From Alteromonadaceae bacterium (GTDB lineage Bacteria > Pseudomonadota > Gammaproteobacteria > Enterobacterales > Alteromonadaceae): a stretch of DNA of 64,000 nt. The stretch spans positions 4,247 to 68,246 of the forward strand of contig JABSOJ010000012.1 of NCBI GenBank assembly GCA_013216005.1, written 5' to 3'. Positions 47,860 to 57,600 of the stretch are shown here, in pieces (positions within the stretch are counted from its first letter, which is position 1; each line of letters begins with the position of its first letter). The notes beneath the pieces were generated by a model. The model was not told the origin of the DNA. It saw only the letters and a list, made by a program, of their open reading frames with translations, and searched no databases. The translations under genes and the position numbers were made by a program.

Positions 47860-50800
47860 TTAATTAGGGTTTTGGGTAGTGCTTCTTTTACGGATAATTC
47901 TGGGTTTCTTTTTCGCCGAACGTAACTTTCGCTTACGCTCGTGCAACAAATCAAAAAGGTCTGCGAGTAATTTGTCAGGATGGTCACAGATAAATTCAGC
48001 GACAAAATGAATATCACCAAGCAAGTAATTGATATCGCTTTGACTAAACCGCTCTGTGTCATAGCAGGCATACATCTGGATCACATCACGGGGGATCACT
48101 ATTAAGGTCAACGCCATCGGGCTTTCACCATGATGGTTAATATCTTCCAGTGCTAATACGCCACTTTCTGTAGTGTAGCTTTCTTCCACCGGATAGTTAT
48201 TAATGTTCAGCAACACATCAAACAAGTTACCAGCGTTGGTGTCGACCAATTTGTTAATTTCGCCCAAAGGCAAAAAGACATGATCTGATTTATCCTGATT
48301 GACGGTTTTAATAGCATTGATCAAGGTCAGCATATCCTGCTGCATATTTAAACGGGTTCGTGACGGAACCGTGCGAATAAACAACCCGGGCACATTGTCA
48401 ATATTATCAATTTCACCCGGTCTGCCTGAAAAGGTTTCACCATAAATAACATCAAGTTGGTCGCTATAATGCGCAAGAACAATAGAATAAACACAATGAA
48501 TCACATGACTCAACGTTAGCTGGTGCTGCGCCGTAAAACGGGTTATTTTGACAGACTCTGCTTCTGAGAAATCAAGCGAATAATTATGTTTGAAGTTACC
48601 TCCGTCCCCTTCTATACTTTCTTTTTTATCAATATTGAGAACTGTTACGGTATTAAATCCAGACAAGTATTCGCGCCAATATTGACGGCTTCGATCAGCA
48701 TCAGCGGTTTTATCATTCAACCAGCTTAAATATTCTCTGTAATTAGCTGTCGGCTTCATCAGTGGTTCTTTGCCGTCGCTCAATGCTTTATAAGTTGCCA
48801 GCAAATCCCGTAAAACAATCGCCATAGACCAGCCATCAATAATGCCGTGATGAAAATTCCACACAAACTGCGTCAATTGATCCTGCATAAAATACAAATG
48901 CAACTGCATCAACGGCACTTCACTCAAAGTAAAACCTTGTTCTCTTTGATTTTTAAGCTGTTTATCACGTTCAAGTGTGGCTTGATCCAACGAAAAATCC
49001 CGTAAGTCATGTATTTGCCACGGCAGGATCACATCTTTAAAAATAACAAACTTGGGTGAATCTAACCCTTGCCCGGCAAAACCGGCCCGCAGTATAAAAT
49101 GATGACGAATAATACGCTGCCATGCTTGTTGCCATAGTTTAGGATCAAAACTTCCTTTGAGATCGCAAGTAATTTGTTCGAAATACAAGGTATTAGTATC
49201 GGCATACATTCCGTGAAAGAATATTTCTTCCTGAGTACTGGTAACGTTGAAAATATCAATGATCCTGTGTGGTGATTTTTTGGAAAAATCAGCAACAAAT
49301 GCAGTAAGTTTTTCTTGTTCTACAGTGATCAACGGAAAGTCTGATGGTGTATATTCAAAGTGATCACATTGACTACACAACAAAATAAGGTCACGTAAAT
49401 GGTTAAGATATTGTAAAAGAAGCCCTTGCATTGTCTCTTTATTATAACTGAGGGTGTCATATCCCCATTCAACATGCAGTTGCCCCGAACGTATCATGGT
49501 ATTGATTTCAAACGCGTGTGTCCGTTTATCTGAACCACTTCGACTGCCTTTTGGCACAGCTTCCATCTGCTGGTAAATAGTGCCTTCATCAAAAGACTGA
49601 TCCAATTGGCCAAGATAATTAAACAACACTTGTGCCCCCTTGGCAGATTTTAGTGTTTGCGCCTGCTTAGACTGACTCAAGTACCGCAACACACCATAAT
49701 TGAAACCTTTGCCCGGCACAAATTTACGTTTTTCTTTAATATTTTTAAGGGTATTACCCAAGTTACCATCAGGATCTGCTGACAACGCCAAGGGGTAAAT
49801 AGCGGTGAACCAACCGAGCGTATGGGATAAATCAATATCTTCAAACACAGCTTCACGACCATGACCTTCAACATCGATTAGTAACTCGTTGCGACCGTTA
49901 AATTCAAACAATGTTAATACCAATGCGGCTAATAACATGTCATTGATGTCAGTATTGAACATTTGTGAGCTGTCTTTAAGTAAACTTGTCGTTTCGTCGC
50001 TACTTAAAGATACTGTGAGCACTTCACTATTCATTTCCAAGAGGTCAGTGCCTTCACTCCCCTGACCTATAGGCAAACAACCATAATCCTTATTGTGAAC
50101 TGCTTGCCAGTACGGCAATTCTTCCTGTACGATGTCGCTGTCTGCGTAAGACGATAATTTGTCGGACCATTGCATAAATGACGATGTTTTAGCTGATAAC
50201 ACGACAGTTTCACCGTTTAATAGCTCCTGATAAGCAGTGTTTAAATCATCAAGGAAAATCCGCCATGAAATACCGTCGGTGATCAAATGATGCATACTCA
50301 AAAACAGTTTTTTCGATTGAGATTCTGACCACTCAAAACATGCGCTCCCTACCAACGGTCCTTTTGCCAAGTCAAAGCTTCCATGCAAACGGGTCATAAT
50401 ATCGTTGATAAACGCCTGCTGCTCGGTCGCAGGTTTATCACCCATTTGATAATGTTCCAATTTTGGTGTTTCAAACAAGCCTGAAAATACCTGTTGTCCG
50501 TCAATAAAACGAGTTTTAAAAATATGATGATAATTAACAACAACTTCAAACGCCTGTTGCAATACATTGGCTTGCACGTCAGCCGCAATACGGAGCATCA
50601 CTGACTGATCCCAGTGGTGAGGCTGGCTGAAATCTTTTTCAAAGAACCAACGCTGTACAGGAGTCAGGGCAAATGCATTATCGAATTCATCCTGTTCGGT
50701 AATCTGACTGGTCACATGTCCGACATTGGCGGCCAACTGTGAAATGGTCGGATATTTGAACACATCGCTGGTCGAAAATTTCACCCCTTGCTTTTTCAGG

Positions 50801-53800
50801 CGTTCAGTCATTTGAATGGCCAAAATAGAGTCGCCACCCAAAGCAAAGAAATTATCGTTAATTCCAATCAAATCATTTTCAATCAACAGCAATGAAGACC
50901 ACACGGCACTTATCGCCTTTTCAGTCAGGTTGTGCGCTTGTTCATACTCACAGGCTAAATCTTCTCGGCTGAACTGAGGCGCTGGCAAGGCTTTTTTGTC
51001 CAGTTTGCCGTTTACCGTCAACGGCATCGCATCAAGCGTCATAAAATGGGTTGGGATCATGTATTCAGGCAGTGATCGGGCAACAAAATTTCGCAATTGC
51101 TCAACCGACACTTTTTTGCCAATAACTTTTTCGACGATAACATAAGCAACTAATTGTTTTTGTTCATTGTCATTTTGATGACACAAAACCACCGCATCAC
51201 GAATATCCTCATGATCCAACAATACCGCTTCAATTTCTTCTAGCTCAATTCTGAAACCACGGATCTTGACTTGATTATCCATTCGGTCATGATAATTAAC
51301 TTGCCCGTCAAAGCGTAATGAAACCATATCACCAGATTTATACAGCCTCTGTGTTAATTCACCATCAAATGTATGTTCAAAAAAACGTTCTTCGGTTAAT
51401 TCCGGATGATTCAAATAACCTCTGGCCAAGCCTGCACCACCTAACATCATTTCGCCATGAACACCCATAGGTTGTAACTGCATTTGGCTATTGCAAACAT
51501 AAATAGCCATGTCATCCAACGGCAAGCCAATCACACTGCTGTCAGTATTAGTATCCTCTTCATTTATTTGATAAAAAGTCGTATATACGGTGGTTTCTGT
51601 CGGACCATACATGTTGAGCAATTCGGTATGGTCGGTCATACCTGCTTCAAACCATGGTTTGATCTTTCTACAATCAAGTTTTTCACCGGCTAACACAACA
51701 TATCGTAAATGCGAGTGCAGTGCAGCGAAGTTGCATAATGAAATAAAGGGATAAAATGCTGAAGGAGTTTGTGCCATTACGGTGACTTGCTGTTGTTGTA
51801 CTAAGTTAACAAAAGCTTCGCTGTCTTTCGCTGTGTCACCCGATACCACCACAAGTTTACCTCCATGAAACAGAGGACCCCACATTTCAAAAACCGACAC
51901 ATCAAAAGCATAAGAATGAAACAGAGTCCAGACATCCTCTGAGCGAAACTGATAATGACCTTTAACTGCTTCAAATAAACGAATAACATTATGATGTTCA
52001 ACCATAACCCCTTTGGGTTTGCCGGTTGAACCTGAGGTATAAATCACATAAGCCAAAGAAAATGGTGTGATACCACTGTCGTTTGCTTCAATATTTGATG
52101 AACTGTTAGTCGCCAACAACTTCTGACTTTGGGCATCATCAAGTACAATAGTGTCAACACCTTTAACATCTGCCGTCAATGAACATAAATCAGCATGGGT
52201 AAGGATCAATACAGCACCAGCATCTTTAATAACATGCTCAATCCGTTCCTTAGGATGCCCAGAATCCAGAGGGATATACGCGGCTCCGGCTTTTAACACC
52301 GCCAGTATAGCCACCAAAGTGTCCGTCGAACGATGCAAGCACAATGCTACTCTTGATTCTGTTTTGATCCCTTGGTTCATCAGTTGACAAGCCAAACGAT
52401 TGGCTTGTTCATTGAGTTGTTGATAAGTTAATTGCTTACCGTCAGGCACCATCACTGCCACATTATCAGGATAAGCAACCACTTGCGCCTCGAATTTAGA
52501 GACAATAGTCAAACCTTCACCATCATGGTTTGTACGACAAGCCAACTTCGCCATGATCTGTTGCTGCTCACCTTTAGGTATCATTGGATACAGGTCGAGT
52601 GGGGTATCACTTTGTTTCGCTACTCCCGACACAATATAAGTAAAATGGCGCAGCATTTGATTAGCATTATCGCTAGTAAATAAACTGGTGTTGTAAATCC
52701 AGGTCAAATCAACTTTGTCAGCCGATTCTGTCACTTCCAAAGTAACATCAAATTGAGAGGTGGTTTGTGGTAAGCCAAGTGATTTCGCCGCTACCGATCG
52801 ACCTAGTACAATCGCATCATCACTATCGTTGAGCAATGCACCCATAGACTTGTTGTCCGCCAGCCCCGCATTTTGATAAACAAATGCAACCTGAAACACC
52901 GGTGAATAACTGGCATGACGAGATGTCTGAGTAGCGACCAGATCAAACGGATAATTCTGGTGAGCCAGCGCCGCCAGTGAGGTGTTTTTGACTTGTTGAA
53001 TCAACTCGGCAAAACTCGCTTCTGAATCAAAGAAAGTACGCAACGCTACCGTATTAACAAAATAACCAACCAAGGGTGACAACTCACTGCTCGGTCTGCC
53101 CAATGTTGGTGTTCCTACAATAATATCGTTCTGACCACTGTAACGGTAAAGCAATAAATTAAAACAACCCAACAACAGTTGATTTAAGGTCACTCCATGT
53201 TGCTGTGCCGTGGTCTTTAACTCGGCAAGCATGTTAGCCCCGAGTGTGACCGAAGTAACATCTCCGGTATAAGTTTGACTTTGCGGTCTGGGAAAGTCAG
53301 CTGGTAACGTTAACAACGGCAACTCACCGGCTAACTGTTGAGACCAATAAGTTTGTGATGCTACCCACGCGTCTTGCGCTAGCTGCTCCCCTTGCCAATA
53401 AGCAAAATCTGCATAAGACAAACTCAACGGGACTAACCCGTCAAACCCCTTGCCATCGTAAATATCGCCAAATTCATTAAGCAGGCACACCAGTGAATGA
53501 AAATCTATGGTGATATGATGGAAGGTCATCACAACAAAATAATCACCGTCTCTGATCACCAGTTCTATTCGAAACACAGGGCCATTGGTCAAATTAAACG
53601 GCACCGCAGATTTTTTAGCCAACAATGCACGCACACCTTCGTCATCAACCCCGTCAGCTTGCGATTGACTGAAAAACGATCCTGCCTCCGCATTGATGTG
53701 TTGCATCACAGTACCATCCACCAACCGATAACTGGTGCGTAATACACTATGGCGTTGTGCCAACATCTGCCACGCTTCTTCAAAACGACTAATATCCAAC

Positions 53801-56019
53801 GGTGCATCAAATTTCATCGCCTTAGCTATATGATAAGCACTGCTGTCAGGGGTCATCTTGTGTATGGACCACATAGAGGTCTGACCACGAGATGCCGGAT
53901 AATCTTGTCGTGACGACTCCGTGATCACCGTCATCTTGTTGCTTTGACGACTTGAAGTAAACTTTTCATACACCAGTATAAACACATCGGCAATACTGTC
54001 CTGACCAAATAATTCATGCACTGGCAAACTAATCGACAGCGCATTCTCCAACCGGTACTGGAACTGCACCGCCTTGAGTGAATCCATACCCTGAGACAAA
54101 ATCGAACTTTTCAGGTCAATATTGTCATTAGCGCACTGCAACATCGTCGCCAATTCTTCGAGTAAAAAAGTGTTTAGCTGTACTTTCCGCTCAGCTGTCG
54201 GCAACTGCAATAATGCCGCTGTATCTATCTCTTGTACCGCGCCGTCTTGCCTGTCTACGTGACTGAATATCTGTTCGTGAAAACCAACCAGAGTCTCTTC
54301 AATAAAGCTCAATCGGGTTAACTGACGTTTAACCTTACCGCTGGAAGTCTTGAGTAATTTACCGATACGCACCAAAATAATAGCGTAAACCTCTAACCCA
54401 AACTCCAACGAAATTTTTTGCCTGATCAATGACACGATATTTTCTTGATCCGCCTTAACCGACTTGGTTGCCCTGACCTCTTGCACTAACACAAGTTTTT
54501 CATCACTATTCACATCAACCGAAAAAGCCGCCGCCGAGCCAATTGGATAATCCGGCAACACCTCTTCTATCGCAAATTCGATATCCTGCGGGTAATAATT
54601 GCTGCCGCGGATAATAATCACATCTTTGATCCGTCCGCCGATATATAATTCGTTTTGATAAATAAACCCGAGATCACCCGTCCTGAGATAGTGAATATCG
54701 TCACCGGGTAAACGAGCCTGATATGTTTCGACTGTCGCTTGCTCTGCTCCCCAGTAACCTAACGCTACACTGGGTCCTGTGATCCAAATTTCACCCATTT
54801 TATTGTCCGGCACAACCGCCAAAGTGTAAGGGTCGACAATAGTTACTTCATGTTCAGTATGCAACTGACCACATCCAACCAGCTGATTTAACTGCTGATT
54901 TTTAACAGCTTCGCCAGTCACTTCAAGCACTTGATATTGGCTTAATGCTTCTGCACTAAAATCTGTGATCACCACTTTTTTAGTTTTATCGCCACCAGTC
55001 AAAAAAACTGTGACTTCGGCCATACCGTAACTGGGATAAAACGCATTATCAGCAAAACCGGCCTTACTAAATTTGGCTTCGAAATCTTTCAGTGTTTTAA
55101 CCCGAATAGGCTCACCGGCATTAAACGCCACTTTCCAGTGAGACAAATCCAATGTGAGAACGTCTTCATCTTTGATCACCTTGACACAATGATCATAAGA
55201 AAAATTAGGTCCACCACAAATAGTGCCCCGATAGGCTTCGATTGTCCTGAACCAACCCAATGGATCACGAATAAAGTCAGGAGGCATCATGATCACCGAT
55301 TTAGCACCGATATAAACTGGTAACAGCATGGTGTTAACCAAACCCAAATCGTGAAATAAAGGTAACCAGTTAACAAAAACATCCTGATCGCTACAATCAG
55401 TTGCGACAATCAAAGAATCGAGATTAGCCACCACGTTTTGGTGAGAAATAATAGCTCCTTTGGGGATCCCGGTCGAACCAGAAGTATATTGCAAATAAGA
55501 TAACGGTTGGCTTGGTGTAATATCACTAATTTCAGTCAAGGGTGTTTCTATGAGTTGTTCAAAGGTCAACAATTCACCGCTAAAATTAAATTCACTGCCA
55601 TCAAAATACGCTCTGGTAGTATCAATGTCTTGAGATAGACAAATAGCTGCTGTGGCCTGACAATTATTGACGACAGCATCAGTTCGGGAATGTTTATCTT
55701 TTAGTCTCGCAGGATATAGCGGCACAGCTACACGATCGGCAAACAAACAACCAAAAAATCCGGCAATGTAACCTAACCCGTTCGGCAACAACAATGCCAC
55801 TCTGTCACCACGATCACCGATACTATTCAATCCGGCAGCTACTTGTCTGGACTTTTGTTCAAGTTCAGCAAAAGTCAATTCTACCTTGGTTTGACCATTG
55901 TCTTGAATAAACACAAACGCAATACCATCCGGATTTTGTTGCGAACGATAAAGCAGCTGATCAATAATAGTGTTGTTTTCAGAACTTCTACTAATCGAGC
56001 TTAAATTATTGGCATTCAT
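47860..56019 (-). CDS. Lipo-initiation NRPS (FAAL-T-C-A1-T-E-C)
   Basis: The N-terminal ~590 aa form a fatty acyl-AMP ligase (YLQYTSGSTGIPKG, GDLGF, GRIKDVIIIRGSNYYPQDIE). Then a carrier domain (GMDSLKAV) and a C domain with HHITIDFHS. A1 has VIYTSGSTGKPKG, code DVFAVAMVYK (unassigned). Then T GGDSILAIQM, E HHLITDGISWRIF, and a final C with HHGIIDGWS. The protein ends in a basic tail (KKKPRIIRKRS) with no A-T after that C domain. Confidence 0.95.
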   Translation of the reverse strand: MNANNLSSISRSSENNTIIDQLLYRSQQNPDGIAFVFIQDNGQTKVELTFAELEQKSRQVAAGLNSIGDRGDRVALLLPNGLGYIAGFFGCLFADRVAVPLYPARLKDKHSRTDAVVNNCQATAAICLSQDIDTTRAYFDGSEFNFSGELLTFEQLIETPLTEISDITPSQPLSYLQYTSGSTGIPKGAIISHQNVVANLDSLIVATDCSDQDVFVNWLPLFHDLGLVNTMLLPVYIGAKSVIMMPPDFIRDPLGWFRTIEAYRGTICGGPNFSYDHCVKVIKDEDVLTLDLSHWKVAFNAGEPIRVKTLKDFEAKFSKAGFADNAFYPSYGMAEVTVFLTGGDKTKKVVITDFSAEALSQYQVLEVTGEAVKNQQLNQLVGCGQLHTEHEVTIVDPYTLAVVPDNKMGEIWITGPSVALGYWGAEQATVETYQARLPGDDIHYLRTGDLGFIYQNELYIGGRIKDVIIIRGSNYYPQDIEFAIEEVLPDYPIGSAAAFSVDVNSDEKLVLVQEVRATKSVKADQENIVSLIRQKISLEFGLEVYAIILVRIGKLLKTSSGKVKRQLTRLSFIEETLVGFHEQIFSHVDRQDGAVQEIDTAALLQLPTAERKVQLNTFLLEELATMLQCANDNIDLKSSILSQGMDSLKAVQFQYRLENALSISLPVHELFGQDSIADVFILVYEKFTSSRQSNKMTVITESSRQDYPASRGQTSMWSIHKMTPDSSAYHIAKAMKFDAPLDISRFEEAWQMLAQRHSVLRTSYRLVDGTVMQHINAEAGSFFSQSQADGVDDEGVRALLAKKSAVPFNLTNGPVFRIELVIRDGDYFVVMTFHHITIDFHSLVCLLNEFGDIYDGKGFDGLVPLSLSYADFAYWQGEQLAQDAWVASQTYWSQQLAGELPLLTLPADFPRPQSQTYTGDVTSVTLGANMLAELKTTAQQHGVTLNQLLLGCFNLLLYRYSGQNDIIVGTPTLGRPSSELSPLVGYFVNTVALRTFFDSEASFAELIQQVKNTSLAALAHQNYPFDLVATQTSRHASYSPVFQVAFVYQNAGLADNKSMGALLNDSDDAIVLGRSVAAKSLGLPQTTSQFDVTLEVTESADKVDLTWIYNTSLFTSDNANQMLRHFTYIVSGVAKQSDTPLDLYPMIPKGEQQQIMAKLACRTNHDGEGLTIVSKFEAQVVAYPDNVAVMVPDGKQLTYQQLNEQANRLACQLMNQGIKTESRVALCLHRSTDTLVAILAVLKAGAAYIPLDSGHPKERIEHVIKDAGAVLILTHADLCSLTADVKGVDTIVLDDAQSQKLLATNSSSNIEANDSGITPFSLAYVIYTSGSTGKPKGVMVEHHNVIRLFEAVKGHYQFRSEDVWTLFHSYAFDVSVFEMWGPLFHGGKLVVVSGDTAKDSEAFVNLVQQQQVTVMAQTPSAFYPFISLCNFAALHSHLRYVVLAGEKLDCRKIKPWFEAGMTDHTELLNMYGPTETTVYTTFYQINEEDTNTDSSVIGLPLDDMAIYVCNSQMQLQPMGVHGEMMLGGAGLARGYLNHPELTEERFFEHTFDGELTQRLYKSGDMVSLRFDGQVNYHDRMDNQVKIRGFRIELEEIEAVLLDHEDIRDAVVLCHQNDNEQKQLVAYVIVEKVIGKKVSVEQLRNFVARSLPEYMIPTHFMTLDAMPLTVNGKLDKKALPAPQFSREDLACEYEQAHNLTEKAISAVWSSLLLIENDLIGINDNFFALGGDSILAIQMTERLKKQGVKFSTSDVFKYPTISQLAANVGHVTSQITEQDEFDNAFALTPVQRWFFEKDFSQPHHWDQSVMLRIAADVQANVLQQAFEVVVNYHHIFKTRFIDGQQVFSGLFETPKLEHYQMGDKPATEQQAFINDIMTRLHGSFDLAKGPLVGSACFEWSESQSKKLFLSMHHLITDGISWRIFLDDLNTAYQELLNGETVVLSAKTSSFMQWSDKLSSYADSDIVQEELPYWQAVHNKDYGCLPIGQGSEGTDLLEMNSEVLTVSLSSDETTSLLKDSSQMFNTDINDMLLAALVLTLFEFNGRNELLIDVEGHGREAVFEDIDLSHTLGWFTAIYPLALSADPDGNLGNTLKNIKEKRKFVPGKGFNYGVLRYLSQSKQAQTLKSAKGAQVLFNYLGQLDQSFDEGTIYQQMEAVPKGSRSGSDKRTHAFEINTMIRSGQLHVEWGYDTLSYNKETMQGLLLQYLNHLRDLILLCSQCDHFEYTPSDFPLITVEQEKLTAFVADFSKKSPHRIIDIFNVTSTQEEIFFHGMYADTNTLYFEQITCDLKGSFDPKLWQQAWQRIIRHHFILRAGFAGQGLDSPKFVIFKDVILPWQIHDLRDFSLDQATLERDKQLKNQREQGFTLSEVPLMQLHLYFMQDQLTQFVWNFHHGIIDGWSMAIVLRDLLATYKALSDGKEPLMKPTANYREYLSWLNDKTADADRSRQYWREYLSGFNTVTVLNIDKKESIEGDGGNFKHNYSLDFSEAESVKITRFTAQHQLTLSHVIHCVYSIVLAHYSDQLDVIYGETFSGRPGEIDNIDNVPGLFIRTVPSRTRLNMQQDMLTLINAIKTVNQDKSDHVFLPLGEINKLVDTNAGNLFDVLLNINNYPVEESYTTESGVLALEDINHHGESPMALTLIVIPRDVIQMYACYDTERFSQSDINYLLGDIHFVAEFICDHPDKLLADLFDLLHERKRKLRSAKKKPRIIRKRSTTQNPN
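54250..56019 (-). other. FAAL (fatty acyl-AMP ligase) loading domain of the initiation NRPS (approximate bounds)
   Basis: The motifs listed for CDS 47860..56019. The carrier Ser motif GMDSL lies at about 54068..54100. Confidence 0.8.
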
Positions 56020-56081
56020 TGATAAATCCTAAGAACTAAGTTCACGAATATTCAGGAACTTATGTCTAGTCAATTACATTA

Positions 56082-57413
56082 TTATTTAACGCTTTTTTGA
56101 AAACTATAAACTGAACCCAAATCCATAATTTGAGTCAATTCATCCAAGGCAGTCCAAGATTCTCTGGCCAACAAGGGATCTTGCAAATCGACCGGAGCTA
56201 GTTTGTCTCTAAAATGTTTTTCAACCCAACTGGTCAGCCGTTTATATAACGATTCAGATAACAATGTGCTGGGATTTACTCCCGTTAACGCATTTTCATC
56301 CATCACCATCCTAAACCTCAAACAAGCAGGTCCTCCGCCATTAGCCATGCTTTGATTTAGGTCAACAAACAACAGTTGGTTAATAGGATTGTCTCGGCTA
56401 ACCACTTCCTGAAGGTAATGATAAACATTGTCGTTTTCACGACACTCAACGGGTAAAATCAACGTCATTGAACCGTCAGGTAATGAAATCAATTGAGAAT
56501 TAAACACATAGGTACTGAGCGCTTCACCGAGAGTGACCTCACTTTCAAGTGCTTTGATCAGATGAAAAGGAGTGTCCTGACCCATCATTTGGTGAATCTG
56601 GTCTAATACCGCGTCACTATTTATGAATGCTTTTTCATGATAAAACATTACATTACGGTTATTCACAGAGATCACATCATTATGAAAAACCCCCTCTTCT
56701 ATCGCTTCAGGGTTTTGTTCAATAAACAGGGTTTTGTTGGCATCTAACAGGTGTAATCTGGAAATTGACTTGGAAGCAGCCAACGTTTGTCGCGCTATGC
56801 TCTTGGTTTCGCGACCCCGGCGTCCGTAAACAAAAACCTCTATGGCTTTTTCATGGTATTGCTGACATATGCGCAAATGGTTGGCGGCACCTTCATCCCC
56901 CAAAAAGGCTACCGCTGGTAGGGCTTTATGATGGACGAAATAATGCGGATCACGAAAAATCAACTTAAGAAATTCGCCACTGGCATTGGTTTCTAAAGAA
57001 CGATGGAACTGGCTGGAAAGATTGGCCGGTGTCACATGAATTTTTCCGTCAGCAGTATCAGAGGCCGGAGAAATAGTAGCTGAATTTGCCGTCCACATGG
57101 CTGATGAAGAATAACATGACCTAAAAACTCTCGGGCTTTCAACAGATGCTTTTGCAATCAAGACTTCGTCTGTGCCACTAAATCCCAGATCACGTAGCGT
57201 ATTCAGGTCAGGTCTTTCCTGAGGCGGAAAAACCCCTTGAACTAAACCCAAATCATGCATGAGTTTCATTTTTTTTAATCCTTGCAATGCAGCCAATTTG
57301 GGATTAGAAATACTATTTTTGTTGGAGTAAGAGGCAACGTTACCGCTACCCAACCCCGAATAGTTATAGCTTGGACCAACCAATCCATCAAAATTAACTT
57401 CTGTCATCCGCAT
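56082..57413 (-). CDS. astB: N-succinylarginine dihydrolase family protein (AstB-like guanidino-group hydrolase)
   Basis: The 443-aa product aligns end to end with my recollection of E. coli AstB: EVNFDGLVG, GDEGAANH, GVFHNDVI, SMANGGGPACLR (catalytic Cys context) and LGSVY near the C-terminus. It is co-oriented with the FAAL-NRPS start, 62 nt upstream of it. Confidence 0.9.
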   Translation of the reverse strand: MRMTEVNFDGLVGPSYNYSGLGSGNVASYSNKNSISNPKLAALQGLKKMKLMHDLGLVQGVFPPQERPDLNTLRDLGFSGTDEVLIAKASVESPRVFRSCYSSSAMWTANSATISPASDTADGKIHVTPANLSSQFHRSLETNASGEFLKLIFRDPHYFVHHKALPAVAFLGDEGAANHLRICQQYHEKAIEVFVYGRRGRETKSIARQTLAASKSISRLHLLDANKTLFIEQNPEAIEEGVFHNDVISVNNRNVMFYHEKAFINSDAVLDQIHQMMGQDTPFHLIKALESEVTLGEALSTYVFNSQLISLPDGSMTLILPVECRENDNVYHYLQEVVSRDNPINQLLFVDLNQSMANGGGPACLRFRMVMDENALTGVNPSTLLSESLYKRLTSWVEKHFRDKLAPVDLQDPLLARESWTALDELTQIMDLGSVYSFQKSVK

Positions 57414-57444
57414 AACATTTAGTTCCTACCGTTACTTACCACAG

Positions 57445-57507
57445 TGTTAGCAAAAACCTATTGGCACTACAACAAATTTCATTTTATTCTTCACAGTTTT
57501 GCTAACA
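57445..57507. promoter_or_regulatory. 11-bp inverted repeat pair TGTTAGCAAAA (57445..57455) / TTTTGCTAACA (57497..57507) in the divergent intergenic region
   Basis: Read directly. The arms are perfect reverse complements separated by 41 bp, and both are preceded by CACAG. They lie 32-94 bp upstream of the astB-like start. No function has been demonstrated. Confidence 0.25.
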
Positions 57508-57585
57508 GTACCAATCCTTTACCTAACTTAGCCTATCAACCTACACTTCAATAAAACAAAGGTATCCAGAGTTTATGATGTTGAA

Positions 57586-57600
57586 TATTCCAATGGAATA
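57586..57600. promoter_or_regulatory. Perfect 7-1-7 palindrome TATTCCA-A-TGGAATA, a candidate operator
   Basis: Read directly. It lies 136 bp upstream of the acylase GTG and 173 bp upstream of the astB-like ATG. Confidence 0.25.

Noticed and set aside
47844-48071. A 75-aa minus-strand ORF that overlaps the 3' end of the FAAL-NRPS and reaches toward the oxygenase gene. It could hint at a frameshifted C-oxygenase fusion (a pseudogene).
   Set aside because: The NRPS frame ends at a clean stop (47860..47862). The oxygenase has its own ATG with AAGGAA about 7 nt upstream, in a different frame. The 75-aa translation has no domain features. I treat the pair as a genuine split, not a frameshift, although a sequencing check of 47830..47900 would be cheap.
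56020-56081. The stem AAGTTC(N12)GAACTT, overlapping the GAACT-T-AGTTC palindrome between astB-like and the FAAL gene, considered as an intrinsic terminator.
   Set aside because: The stem is 6 bp and AT-rich, the loop is 12 nt, and no U-tract follows. It is too weak to call a terminator, so read-through is assumed.
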